A DNA stretch of 24,000 nt from an uncultured bacterium. GTDB lineage: Bacteria > Bacillota_I > Bacilli_A > RFN20 > CAG-826. Location of the stretch: contig CASFQR010000003.1 in NCBI GenBank assembly GCA_949297275.1, positions 7,234-31,233 of the forward strand, written 5' to 3'. Shown here piece after piece: positions 1 to 9,132 of this stretch. Position 1 is the first letter of the stretch. Each line of letters opens with the position of its first letter. The position numbers and the translations under genes are program-made. A model generated the notes under the pieces. The model did no database searches. It was not told the DNA's origin and saw nothing but the letters and a program-made list of their open reading frames with translations.

Positions 1-34
1 TAGCTATAAAAGCCACGCGGACCTTTAAATAACA

Positions 35-1156
35 ATGAATAACAATATTATTATCTTAAGCAAGGAACAATTTAATAATTTAGGAAAGCAATTACGTTTT
101 CGCGATTGGTTTGATGTTGATTATTTATATGATTTATATGTTGAAGCTTCTAATTCCGCGAAAGAGATTACCCGCCAAAAATTATTAGGGCGATATATTC
201 CTCTTAACCCAGTTGTCTTAATATTATATCTTACCCATGAATATGCTTTTTTAAAATCGCTAAAAAATCATGATGATAACTTTTTTAAGCAATTAGAAGT
301 GAAAAATAAAATCATTTCTTCCTCATTAGATAAATATTTTACGAATGAATATTTTTCTTTTAAAAATGCCGGGGCGATTTCTAAATATTTACCAGAAGTC
401 TCAACCCTTACTTTATTTTTAAATTTTCTTTTAGGTGTATTGCAAAAATATTCCTTAAAAAACCCGAAAGATACACTACTTATCGATATTATGCAAAAAG
501 GCTTTTTAATGATGAAGGCAATGTTAGAATTAATCATTAATGGCTTTGCCACTGAAGCCTTTTCCACTTGGCGAACCCTACATGAAACTGAATGTATTTT
601 AAAGATTTTATATACATATCAAGGCGAAGTAATTGAAGCTTATTTAAAGCATATGCAATATGCGATTGCCTTTAGGGGTGGTTTAGCTAATAAAGAAGAA
701 ACCGATCGCATCTTTAAGGAAATTAAAGAAAAGATGGCCGTGCATAATTTAAAAAGTAAAGATATGAAGAAATTTATTGAATATGGTTATCTTTACGCCA
801 TTAAAGATCAAGAGGATAGCGAAAATTTAAAACTTAATTTTCGCGATGGAGTCGAAAAGATTGCTAAATTAAATAATTACGCTAAAACTTATGAAATGGC
901 TAGTGAAATTGCCCATAGTTCCCCGATTCTTATTTATTCGCGTCAAAATTATTTTTATCATTTCACTTTATTAAATGTTTATGAAACCTTCTTCCGCATG
1001 GAAGAAATTTTCTATGGCATTTATCAAAAGAAATCTTCACCAGAAGAAATTAAATATTACGCCTTGATGCGAAAAGAATATTTGCAAGAATTAGTCTTAA
1101 TTCATCAAAAAGAGTTAGCTCTCTTTAAAGAAATAAATCAACAAAAATCTTCCTAA
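35..1156 (+). CDS. Hypothetical protein, DUF5677-like
   Basis: 373-aa intact ORF; central segment 'GFATEAFSTWRTLHETECILKILYT' resembles the DUF5677 pattern. Family assignment is from memory, no search run. Confidence 0.6.
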   Translation: MNNNIIILSKEQFNNLGKQLRFRDWFDVDYLYDLYVEASNSAKEITRQKLLGRYIPLNPVVLILYLTHEYAFLKSLKNHDDNFFKQLEVKNKIISSSLDKYFTNEYFSFKNAGAISKYLPEVSTLTLFLNFLLGVLQKYSLKNPKDTLLIDIMQKGFLMMKAMLELIINGFATEAFSTWRTLHETECILKILYTYQGEVIEAYLKHMQYAIAFRGGLANKEETDRIFKEIKEKMAVHNLKSKDMKKFIEYGYLYAIKDQEDSENLKLNFRDGVEKIAKLNNYAKTYEMASEIAHSSPILIYSRQNYFYHFTLLNVYETFFRMEEIFYGIYQKKSSPEEIKYYALMRKEYLQELVLIHQKELALFKEINQQKSS

Positions 1157-1163
1157 GATAGAT

Positions 1164-1192
1164 AAAAAATCCCGCAAAAAGCGAGATTTTTT
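1164..1192. terminator. Bidirectional intrinsic terminator between convergent genes
   Basis: AAAAAATCCCGC-AAAAA-GCGAGATTTTTT: 12-bp stem with one C/A mismatch, 5-nt loop, A/T tracts on both sides; lies between the two convergent stops (1156 and 1218). Confidence 0.85.
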
Positions 1193-1217
1193 CTTAATAA
1201 ATTATCTTAATTATATT

Positions 1218-2861
1218 TTAAGAACCTTCATAACAAGAGCCACCGATAAATTCGCGAATTAAGGAATTGCAAGGCACCCATTCATCATGCATATCAATAA
1301 AATATTTTAACATGCGGATAAGTCTTTCGGCTGTTGGGAAATATTCGCTTTCTTTATCAATTTTACTTAATAGTGGTAAAGCATATTTCTTCATAACTGG
1401 TAATTCATAAGAAAGCATGGAATTAAAGACAAAATCAGCATCTTCTTGCGTATCATAAATCCACTTAAATTCACCGCGACGAACACTAGGCCACATACCA
1501 ATTGTTTCTTCAGCCGAAGCATTGCGGAATTTATAATCGCGAACAATTCGCCGCAGGAGTCTTAAATCTGTTAAGGAAATTGGATTATGATTATCTAAAT
1601 TGATTTGAGCTGAAGGTGCGATATAAATTTTATATTTTTGGTGCTTAGGAATTAAATTAGTTAAGCGTTCATTTAAAGCATGAATTCCTTCGATGATAAT
1701 AGGTTGATCTTCTTGCACTTTTAAGATGCGACCCATAACCCTTTTACCGATTTTAAAATCATAATGGGGGAGTTGAACTTCATCACCAGAAATTAAATCT
1801 AAAATATTTTGGTTGAATAAATCAATATCGAGAGCCTCAATTGATTCTAAATCTGGTTTACCATCTTCATCTAAAGGTGCTTGAGCGCGCGGCAAATAAT
1901 AATCATCAATTGAGATGCGAATCGGGCGAATGCCACGCGAAATTAATTCAACTCGCAAGCGATTAGCAAAAGTTGTTTTGCCTGAACTAGATGGTCCAGC
2001 AATACAAATTAAACGAAGATCAGATATATCATGCGAGATGCGATCGCCGAGTTCAACAAACATTTTGTTATGACGAGCTTCGCAGACATTTAAAAATTCG
2101 ATTTCACCATCTTCTTTGATGCGTTCGTTGATGCCACTGACAGTATCTGCGCCAGTAGATACTGCCCATTTATGTACCTCTTTTAAGGTGCGACCAAAGA
2201 TTGGGGCATCATCAAAAGGTGGAATTTTACCGCCGCATTCAGCGCGCGGATATTGGAGCAAAATACCTGGGGAATATAATCGTAATTTAAAATCTTTTAA
2301 ATAACCAGTCGAAGGCACCATATGTGAGAACATATAATTTAAATAACCTTCGCAGTCATATAAGTGGACAGTCTTTTCAGGACGGTAAGGTAAGATATCT
2401 AATTTATCGATTAATTTTCTTTCTTTATAAATTTCCGCGGCTTCTTCTTTGGTCACGACAAAGCGCTTAAATGGTAAATCTTCCGCAATGAGCTTATTAG
2501 CTTCATTAGTTAAGGCATTTACCATCTTTTGATCAACTTTTACTTTCTTATTAACAAATTGAATGAAGACGGAACGCGAGACATTATAACAAAAGCGAAT
2601 ATTAATTTCGGGATAAAGGCGATGAAAGACCATCGCGATTAAATATCTTAAAGACGCTTCATATATTTTAGTTGCGTCGCTATCTTCTACCGTTAAAAAT
2701 TCGATATTTGCATCATAATAAACTTCATAATTTAATTCGCGAACGCGATTATTAACACGCGCACAAATGTATTCTTTATTATCTAATGGTAATAAATCTA
2801 ATAATTTAACTTTCTTTTCATATTCTTCTACCTTATCAAAATATGTGACTTTAAATTTCAT
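1218..2861 (-). CDS. Uridine kinase-like nucleoside kinase with N-terminal ThrRS/TGS-like domain
   Basis: P-loop 'GPSSSGKTTFANRL', 'ISIDDYY', 'IIEGIHALN'; long N-terminal extension of TGS/ThrRS-like type; SD AAAGGAA upstream of the ATG. Confidence 0.85.
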   Translation of the reverse strand: MKFKVTYFDKVEEYEKKVKLLDLLPLDNKEYICARVNNRVRELNYEVYYDANIEFLTVEDSDATKIYEASLRYLIAMVFHRLYPEINIRFCYNVSRSVFIQFVNKKVKVDQKMVNALTNEANKLIAEDLPFKRFVVTKEEAAEIYKERKLIDKLDILPYRPEKTVHLYDCEGYLNYMFSHMVPSTGYLKDFKLRLYSPGILLQYPRAECGGKIPPFDDAPIFGRTLKEVHKWAVSTGADTVSGINERIKEDGEIEFLNVCEARHNKMFVELGDRISHDISDLRLICIAGPSSSGKTTFANRLRVELISRGIRPIRISIDDYYLPRAQAPLDEDGKPDLESIEALDIDLFNQNILDLISGDEVQLPHYDFKIGKRVMGRILKVQEDQPIIIEGIHALNERLTNLIPKHQKYKIYIAPSAQINLDNHNPISLTDLRLLRRIVRDYKFRNASAEETIGMWPSVRRGEFKWIYDTQEDADFVFNSMLSYELPVMKKYALPLLSKIDKESEYFPTAERLIRMLKYFIDMHDEWVPCNSLIREFIGGSCYEGS

Positions 2862-2913
2862 AATTTTTTCCTTTCTTTTCTAAGAGTGTTTAATTCACTT
2901 AACCCTAATTAAT

Positions 2914-2919
2914 ATCATA
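2914..2919 (-). promoter_or_regulatory. Putative -10 element (TATGAT) for the uridine kinase gene
   Basis: TATGAT on the minus strand preceded by TTGT, about 50 nt upstream of the start codon; -35 is weak. Confidence 0.35.
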
Positions 2920-3117
2920 ACAAAGTTAAAATCGCTTTTAAAATCATTTTTATTAGGCATTAATTCTTCAAATAAAAGATAGATTTTATCGAATTTTTTC
3001 TTAATAAATAAACCACAATAGATAAAATAAATACTGAATAATTTTCATATTTTAAGCATGAATTTTTTATTTAGTTATTCTTTTTAATGATGATGACTTA
3101 GTTATACTTCACTCCGC

Positions 3118-3233
3118 AATGAAGTAAATTATGAAGTAAGTGTGAAGTTTTACTAGATTGGTACTTCTTAATTTTATGAAGTGAATGAAGTAAATTATGA
3201 AGTAAGTGTGAAGTTTTACTACATTGGTACTTC
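3118..3233. repeat. Two near-identical 50-bp direct repeats (period 66 bp) in a regulatory intergenic region
   Basis: 3118-3167 and 3184-3233: aatgaagtaaattatgaagtaagtgtgaagttttacta[g/c]attggtacttc, 49/50 identical. Confidence 0.95.
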
Positions 3234-3292
3234 ATAATCTTGTCACTAGTTGTCTTCTTGCAATTTTTATTTATTCTATTTTCAATATTTTA

Positions 3293-3298
3293 TATAAT
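3293..3298 (+). promoter_or_regulatory. Putative -10 box TATAAT, 7 nt before the pncA-like ATG
   Basis: TATAAT at 3293-3298, then ATTGACT, then ATG at 3306; no Shine-Dalgarno. Confidence 0.5.
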
Positions 3299-3305
3299 AT
3301 TGACT

Positions 3306-3830
3306 ATGGACAAGAAAAGATTGCTTTTAGTTATTGATTATCAAGTTGATTTTGTTGTGGGGAATTTAGGTTTTCCTAACGCTGATAAGATTGAAAATTT
3401 TATCGTAAATAAGATTGAAGAATTTATTTCAAATCATGATGATGTTGTTTTTACCCTCGATACCCATTCTAGTAATTATTTAGAAACCGAAGAAGGGAAA
3501 AATTTACCAATTAAACATTGTTTAAAAGGGACAGAAGGTCATCAACTTTATGGCAAAGTAAAAGATTTAGCAAGTGGCCATCTAACTTTAGAAAAAGATA
3601 CTTTCGGCTCAAAAGAATTAGGTCTATATCTCCTTAGCCATAATTATGATGAAATCTATTTAGTTGGTTTAGTCTCATATATCTGCGTTTTAGCTAACGC
3701 TATTATTGCTAAAACCTTTAATTCTAATGCGCATATTGTCGTTTATCGCGATGGCGTTAGTGGCGTTAATAAGGAAGATGAAGAAACGGCTTTTTTAGCG
3801 TTAAAAAATGTTCAAGTAGAAATTAGATAG
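3306..3830 (+). CDS. pncA: Isochorismatase-family protein, likely nicotinamidase
   Basis: 'MDKKRLLLVIDYQVDFV', 'VFTLDTH', 'HCLKGTEGHQL', 'YLVGLVSYICVLANAI' match PncA-type motifs. The supplied ORF starts at TTG 3240, but conserved homology begins at ATG 3306. Confidence 0.8.
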   Translation: MDKKRLLLVIDYQVDFVVGNLGFPNADKIENFIVNKIEEFISNHDDVVFTLDTHSSNYLETEEGKNLPIKHCLKGTEGHQLYGKVKDLASGHLTLEKDTFGSKELGLYLLSHNYDEIYLVGLVSYICVLANAIIAKTFNSNAHIVVYRDGVSGVNKEDEETAFLALKNVQVEIR

Positions 3831-3844
3831 GAGTTTATTAATTT

Positions 3845-5047
3845 ATGAAAAAAGCTTTTGTATACATTCAAAGCGGCGGACCGACTGCCGTCATTAATTC
3901 TTCGCTATATGGTGCGATTAAAGAAGCCCAAAAACACCCTGATTTAATTGAAGGGATTTATGGCTCATTAAATGGCATTGAAGGTTTGCTTGATAATCGT
4001 TTGATTGATTTAGAAAAAGAAGATGAAGAAAATATTGAATTATTAAAACAAACCCCCGGGGCCATTTTAGGCACGACAAGATATAAATTGCCTAAAGATT
4101 TACATGATCCTAAATACACTAAAATCATCGAAACACTCAATCGTCATAATATTGGCTATATTTTTGTTAATGGTGGGAATGATTCGATGGATACTTGCCA
4201 TAAATTACATATGCTCTTTGAAGAACTACACTTAGATATTAAAGTTATTGGAATTCCTAAAACAGTCGATAATGATTTGGCAATCACCGATCACTCTTTA
4301 GGTTATGGTAGCGCTGCTAAATATGTTATTAATACTGTTAAAGAAATCTGCATCGATGCTTCTTGCTATAAAAAAGGTAAAGTTTTTGTCATCGAAATTA
4401 TGGGGCGAAACGCTGGTTGGTTAACGGCTTCGGTTGATTTATTACCTTCTGATGCCCGCCCTGATTTAATTTTCTTACCAGAAAATGTCTTCGATTTAGA
4501 AAAATTCCTCGTCGATATTAAAGAAATTTATCATCGACAAGGTCACGCGATTGCCGCGATTAGTGAAGGGATTGTCTTTGAAAGAGACACATCAAGCGCG
4601 CGCGTCGATGCTTTTAACCATATTCAATTAGGGGGAGCAGCGGATGCTTTAACCAAAATCATTGAAAAGCGTCTTGATTTACCAACGCGATCAATTGAAT
4701 TATCTTTAGCCCAACGCGCTTATGATATTTTATTAAGTAAAGTTGATTTAGATGAAGCGATTGCTTGTGGAGCTTATGGGGTGAAAAAGGCTCTCGAAGG
4801 CCATAGTGGTGAGATGGTTATTATTAAGCGAATTAATAATGAACCATATAGATCAGAATTTGCTTTGGTTGATACTGGTAGCGTCGCGAATGAAGAAAGA
4901 ATGATTCCTTCGAGCATGATGAAAGGTGTCAAGATGATGGATCAATCTTTCCGCGATTATTTACGCCCCTTAATTCAAGGGGAAGTTCCAGTTAAATTTG
5001 AGGATGGTATTATTAAAGCAGCGCGCTTTAGAAAAGTTTTAATTTAG
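3845..5047 (+). CDS. pfp: Phosphofructokinase family, pyrophosphate-dependent type
   Basis: 'GGPTAVIN', 'GGNDSMDT' (Asp where ATP enzymes have Gly), 'PKTVDNDL' (Lys where ATP enzymes have Gly), 'MGRNAGWL'; SD TAGGAG upstream. Confidence 0.88.
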   Translation: MKKAFVYIQSGGPTAVINSSLYGAIKEAQKHPDLIEGIYGSLNGIEGLLDNRLIDLEKEDEENIELLKQTPGAILGTTRYKLPKDLHDPKYTKIIETLNRHNIGYIFVNGGNDSMDTCHKLHMLFEELHLDIKVIGIPKTVDNDLAITDHSLGYGSAAKYVINTVKEICIDASCYKKGKVFVIEIMGRNAGWLTASVDLLPSDARPDLIFLPENVFDLEKFLVDIKEIYHRQGHAIAAISEGIVFERDTSSARVDAFNHIQLGGAADALTKIIEKRLDLPTRSIELSLAQRAYDILLSKVDLDEAIACGAYGVKKALEGHSGEMVIIKRINNEPYRSEFALVDTGSVANEERMIPSSMMKGVKMMDQSFRDYLRPLIQGEVPVKFEDGIIKAARFRKVLI

Positions 5048-5050
5048 AAA

Positions 5051-5509
5051 ATGAAAAAATCCTTTTCCCGCATTCCTTTACTTTATCGCATGATAATTGT
5101 TGGCGTTATCGTCGGCGTCATTTTAACGCTTTTAAGTTTATTATTTTTAATTTGGGAGATGTGGGATTGGACCGTTGGAGTCGCTTTAGGTAGCGTCATT
5201 GAAATAGTCTGCGTTACTTTGTTATATCTAGGCAGCGACTTATCATTAAAAGATAAAGGCTATGCCTTTTTTGCTTTATTTTTTATTTTACGAATGTTTT
5301 TATATGCAGCTGGAATTATCGTCTCAGCGTTATTAACTTATTATTTTGAAATTAAAGCAATCAATGTTTTTGGTGTCTTGATTGGTTATGCCCCAATGCA
5401 AATAGTGGTGATTATTGCCTCTATAAAAGAACGCTTTGATTTAACTAAATCGATTACTAAAATAGAGACAAAAATCGAGACAAAGGAAGAAGAAAAGAAA
5501 GATGCTTAA
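5051..5509 (+). CDS. Small membrane protein, AtpI/ATP synthase subunit I-like by position and topology
   Basis: About four hydrophobic helices, immediately upstream of atpB and overlapping it by 8 bp; weak sequence similarity only. Confidence 0.5.
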   Translation: MKKSFSRIPLLYRMIIVGVIVGVILTLLSLLFLIWEMWDWTVGVALGSVIEIVCVTLLYLGSDLSLKDKGYAFFALFFILRMFLYAAGIIVSALLTYYFEIKAINVFGVLIGYAPMQIVVIIASIKERFDLTKSITKIETKIETKEEEKKDA

Positions 5510-6269
5510 ATTTTTCGACTTTTATTCTAAAGAAGATTTATTGCATTGGGACATGGCTCCTGAAACTTTCGTTGCTTTAATCATTGTAGCTATTTTAATT
5601 ATTCTTTCGATTGTAATTTTTATATTAGCGAAAAGAGCCGATCCATTAAAGAAACCTAAAGGTTTATTGCTCGTTGTTGAAATGCTTGTGGAAAAACTTG
5701 ATGATTTTGCCTATGGCTTAATGGGCAAGGGTTTTGAAAATTTTGGTGGTCTATTACTAGGGGTTGTACCATTTTTATTTTTATCATTTATTATTGGAAT
5801 TACAGGTTTACCCACTCCGATGGCCTCCTTAAATGTACCTTTCACCATTGCTTTGTTTGCCTTTGCCATGATTCACTTTACGGCGATGCGATATAACAAA
5901 TTTAAATATTTTAAGCGCTTTATTGAACCGCTGCCGATTTTTTTACCAATCAATTTAATTTCGATGTGGGCGCCTTTATTATCGATGACCTTACGTATGT
6001 TTGGAAATGCGTTAGTAGGTTGGGTGCTTTTATCGCTCTTAAATTATGTTTTAGAGGTCGCTAGTGCGGCCTTATTTTCTTTTATGCCTAGCGGCGTTAA
6101 TACGATTTGGTTTGTGCCGATTGGTACACCTTTATTTCACGCTTATTTTGACCTTGTTTCTGGCTCCATCCAAACGATGGTCTATATGTTTTTATGTTGC
6201 CTATTAGTTGCACAAGAAAAGCCAGAAGAGGAAGAAATAGAAGAAAAATTAGCTTTGGTCAAAAGCTAG
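5502..6269 (+). CDS. atpB: F-type ATP synthase subunit a
   Basis: Multi-TM protein with conserved 'SMTLRMFGNALVG' and start of canonical atp gene order. Confidence 0.93.
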   Translation: MLKFFDFYSKEDLLHWDMAPETFVALIIVAILIILSIVIFILAKRADPLKKPKGLLLVVEMLVEKLDDFAYGLMGKGFENFGGLLLGVVPFLFLSFIIGITGLPTPMASLNVPFTIALFAFAMIHFTAMRYNKFKYFKRFIEPLPIFLPINLISMWAPLLSMTLRMFGNALVGWVLLSLLNYVLEVASAALFSFMPSGVNTIWFVPIGTPLFHAYFDLVSGSIQTMVYMFLCCLLVAQEKPEEEEIEEKLALVKS

Positions 6270-6283
6270 AAAGGAGAAAAAAT

Positions 6284-6517
6284 ATGACTGATGTTGGCTT
6301 AATTGCAATTGCTGCCGCTATTGCGATTGCTAGTAGTGGTTGCTCTTCAATTGGTGAAGGTTGGATTTGTCGAAACGCGATTGAAGGCATTGCTCGTAAT
6401 CCCGAAGCTTATGGCAAATTGCGTACTGGGATGATTATTGGTTGCGCGCTTGTTGAAACCTGTGGTATTTATGCCTTACTTATTTCCATCTTACTCATCT
6501 TTGTTTATGGAGGTTAA
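6284..6517 (+). CDS. atpE: F-type ATP synthase subunit c
   Basis: 77 aa starting MTDVGLIAIAAA; SD AAGGAG at 6271; 'RNAIEGIARNPEA' loop and 'ALVETCGIY' ion-binding helix. The supplied ORF start at 6194 is an upstream artefact. Confidence 0.93.
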   Translation: MTDVGLIAIAAAIAIASSGCSSIGEGWICRNAIEGIARNPEAYGKLRTGMIIGCALVETCGIYALLISILLIFVYGG

Positions 6518-6521
6518 TTAG

Positions 6522-7067
6522 ATGTCATTAATTTGTTTAACTTCTTTAGAGAATCCAGTTACTAATGAAGCGTTCTTAGAAAAACTTTTTCCTAATCCTT
6601 ATGATTTTTTGGCAACGCTTTTAGCTTTTATTGTTTTATTAATTATCGTGTTCTATTTAGCGTATAAACCGGTAAAGAAATTACTTAAAGCTCGCGCGGA
6701 ATATGTTGAAAACAATATTCGTCAAAGCGAAAAAGACAATCAATTAGCAAAAGAGAATCTTTTTAAAGCCAAAGAAGAAGTTTCGGGTGCGAAAGCCGAA
6801 GCGTTAAAGATTATTTCTAATGCGAATAAAAAAGAGCAAGAAATCATTTTAGAAGCAAAAAATAAGGCCAAAGAAGAAGCTAAAAAAGAATATGAAAATA
6901 AACAGCAGGAATTAGCTGAAGATCTTAAACAAAAAGAAGACGAGATTCACACCCTCATCGTTAAAAACGCTTATTTAATGAGTGAAGAAATTTTAAAAAG
7001 AGAAATTTCTCCGCAAGACGATGATCGCCTCGTCGATGAATTTTTAAAGAAAGTCAAGAATGATTAA
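6522..7067 (+). CDS. atpF: F-type ATP synthase subunit b
   Basis: N-terminal TM followed by long charged coiled coil; position between atpE and atpH. Confidence 0.9.
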   Translation: MSLICLTSLENPVTNEAFLEKLFPNPYDFLATLLAFIVLLIIVFYLAYKPVKKLLKARAEYVENNIRQSEKDNQLAKENLFKAKEEVSGAKAEALKIISNANKKEQEIILEAKNKAKEEAKKEYENKQQELAEDLKQKEDEIHTLIVKNAYLMSEEILKREISPQDDDRLVDEFLKKVKND

Positions 7068-7602
7068 TAGTGTCAATGAATTAAATTATAATTATGCTTA
7101 CGCTTTAATCTTATTAGCGAAAGAGAATAATGATTTAGAAAATTGTCTAAAGATTTTTGATGATTTTATCTATTTGCTTAATCAAGATGATAATATTCTT
7201 AAATATCTAGAATCTTATTTTGTCAAACTTAAGGACAAATTTCGTTTAATTGATGAATTATTATTAAGGGAAAAGATCGAATATTTTAGCTCATTTTTAA
7301 AACTATTAATCCGAAAACATTTAATTAAAAACATCCATCATATCTATCGTGAATTCCAAGAATTAGCGAATAAAAATCTTGGAGTTTTAGCTGGTATTAT
7401 TTATTCAACTTCTCCTTTAAAAAAAGAAAAAATAATGGAGTTTGAAAAGGTTTTTAGCGCAAAAAAGCGCGCAAAAATTTCTTTTTTAAACAAAGTTGAT
7501 CCCACCTTACTTGGTGGCATAAAAGTTTATTTAGATGGTCAAATTTATGATGATACAATTAAGCATCAACTCGATTCGCTAAAAAATAGTCTTTTATCTT
7601 AA
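7060..7602 (+). CDS. atpH: F-type ATP synthase subunit delta
   Basis: OSCP/delta-like C-terminus 'KVDPTLLGGIKVYLDGQIYDDTIKHQLDSLKNSL'; overlaps atpF by 8 bp. Confidence 0.9.
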   Translation: MINSVNELNYNYAYALILLAKENNDLENCLKIFDDFIYLLNQDDNILKYLESYFVKLKDKFRLIDELLLREKIEYFSSFLKLLIRKHLIKNIHHIYREFQELANKNLGVLAGIIYSTSPLKKEKIMEFEKVFSAKKRAKISFLNKVDPTLLGGIKVYLDGQIYDDTIKHQLDSLKNSLLS

Positions 7603-7621
7603 TTAGAAAGGAAGCTAATTT

Positions 7622-9130
7622 ATGAAAATTGGTTTAGATGAAATATCTTCAGTAATTAAAAAACAAATTAAAGAATTTAATAGCGACAAAAAAGCCCATA
7701 ATGTTGGGGTAGTCATCTCGTTAGGTGATGGGGTCGCTAGTGTTTATGGTTTAGAAGATGTTATGCTCAATGAATTAGTCATCTTTCAGGATAAATATTA
7801 TGGTTTAGTGCTCTCATTAGAAGAAGATATTGTTGGTGTTATTTTATTAAGCAACACGAACGAAATTAAAGAAGGCGATGAAGTTAAAAGGACGAAACGA
7901 GTAATTGAAGTGCCGGTAGGAGATGGTTTGCTTGGCCGCGTAGTTAATGCTTTAGGTGAGCCGCTTGATAATAAAGGTAAAATTTCCGCTAAGAAATTTG
8001 CCCCGATCGAAAAGATTGCTCCTAGCGTCATTACCCGCGAAAGCGTTAATCGTCCGCTTTTAACTGGAATTAAGGCTATTGATGCGATGATACCGATTGG
8101 TCGGGGACAACGCGAATTAATTATTGGCGATCGCCAAACCGGTAAAACGACTCTAGCTATTGATACGATCATTGCTCAAAAAGATCAAAATGTGAAATGT
8201 ATATATGTAGCCATTGGTCAAAAGAATTCTTCAATCGCATCCATTATTGATACTTTAAATAAAAAAGATGCTCTTAAATATACAATTGTTGTTGCTAGTA
8301 GCGCTTCCGATAGCGCGCCTTTACAATATATCGCCCCTTATAGTGCGATGGCGATGGCTGAAGAATTTTTAAGTCAAGGCGAAGATGTTTTAATTGTTTT
8401 TGATGATTTAAGTAAACATGCGGTAAGTTATCGCACTTTATCTTTGCTTTTAAAAAGACCAAGTGGCCGTGAAGCTTATCCAGGTGATGTCTTTTATCTC
8501 CATTCCCGCTTATTAGAAAGAGCTTGTAAATTAAATCGCGAGAATGGTGGTGGTTCAATTACCGCTTTACCAATTATTGAAACATTATCGGGTGATATAA
8601 GTGCTTATATTCCCACTAATGTTATTTCAATTACTGATGGGCAAATTTATTTAATTACCGATTTATTTAATGCTGGGATTCGTCCGGCAATCGATAGCGG
8701 CTTTTCCGTTAGCCGCGTTGGTAGTGCTGCCCAATATCGCGCGATGAAAGATGTCAGTGCTTCTTTAAGAACCGAACTCGCTTCTTATAATGAACTTGTC
8801 TCTTTTACACAATTTGGTAGCGATATCGATAAAAGAACTAAAGAAATTATTAAGCATGGGGAAGTACTTTTAGAAGTTTTAAAACAAGACGAAGGGGATA
8901 TTTATTCTCTTGATCATGAAGTAATTGAACTTTATGTTGCGAGAAATAAATATTTGGACCAGCTTGCGATTAAAGAAGTTAAACCCTTCTTAAATAATTT
9001 ATACCAATATATTAAATCGTTAGATGACCAATTAATTAAGGACATACTATCGACCAAAGAATTAACCAAGGAAAATAAAGAAAAATTAAATCATTTAATT
9101 GAAGATTTTATTGTTTCTTATCACCAATAA
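7622..9130 (+). CDS. atpA: F-type ATP synthase subunit alpha
   Basis: 'GDRQTGKTTLAIDTI', 'RPAIDSGFSVSRVGSAAQ'; 502 aa. Confidence 0.97.
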   Translation: MKIGLDEISSVIKKQIKEFNSDKKAHNVGVVISLGDGVASVYGLEDVMLNELVIFQDKYYGLVLSLEEDIVGVILLSNTNEIKEGDEVKRTKRVIEVPVGDGLLGRVVNALGEPLDNKGKISAKKFAPIEKIAPSVITRESVNRPLLTGIKAIDAMIPIGRGQRELIIGDRQTGKTTLAIDTIIAQKDQNVKCIYVAIGQKNSSIASIIDTLNKKDALKYTIVVASSASDSAPLQYIAPYSAMAMAEEFLSQGEDVLIVFDDLSKHAVSYRTLSLLLKRPSGREAYPGDVFYLHSRLLERACKLNRENGGGSITALPIIETLSGDISAYIPTNVISITDGQIYLITDLFNAGIRPAIDSGFSVSRVGSAAQYRAMKDVSASLRTELASYNELVSFTQFGSDIDKRTKEIIKHGEVLLEVLKQDEGDIYSLDHEVIELYVARNKYLDQLAIKEVKPFLNNLYQYIKSLDDQLIKDILSTKELTKENKEKLNHLIEDFIVSYHQ

Positions 9131-9132
9131 AA

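Noticed and set aside
35-1156. Possible defence/abortive infection role for the DUF5677-like protein
   Set aside because: No partner genes, nuclease or sensor motifs, or mobile context visible; sequence alone does not support a defence call.
3118-3233. CRISPR array or riboswitch in the pncA upstream region
   Set aside because: Only two 50-bp units with a 16-bp spacer and no cas genes; no recognisable riboswitch consensus. Kept only as an unexplained repeat.
3240-3305. N-terminal hydrophobic extension of the pncA-like protein (MSLVVFLQFLFILFSIFYIILT)
   Set aside because: It depends on a TTG start inside the repeat/promoter region; conserved protein homology and a clean TATAAT-7-ATG arrangement support ATG 3306. 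It is AT-rich DNA mistaken for a signal peptide.
6194-6283. 30-aa N-terminal extension of subunit c
   Set aside because: Overlaps the atpB 3' end; SD AAGGAG and normal c-subunit length support ATG 6284.
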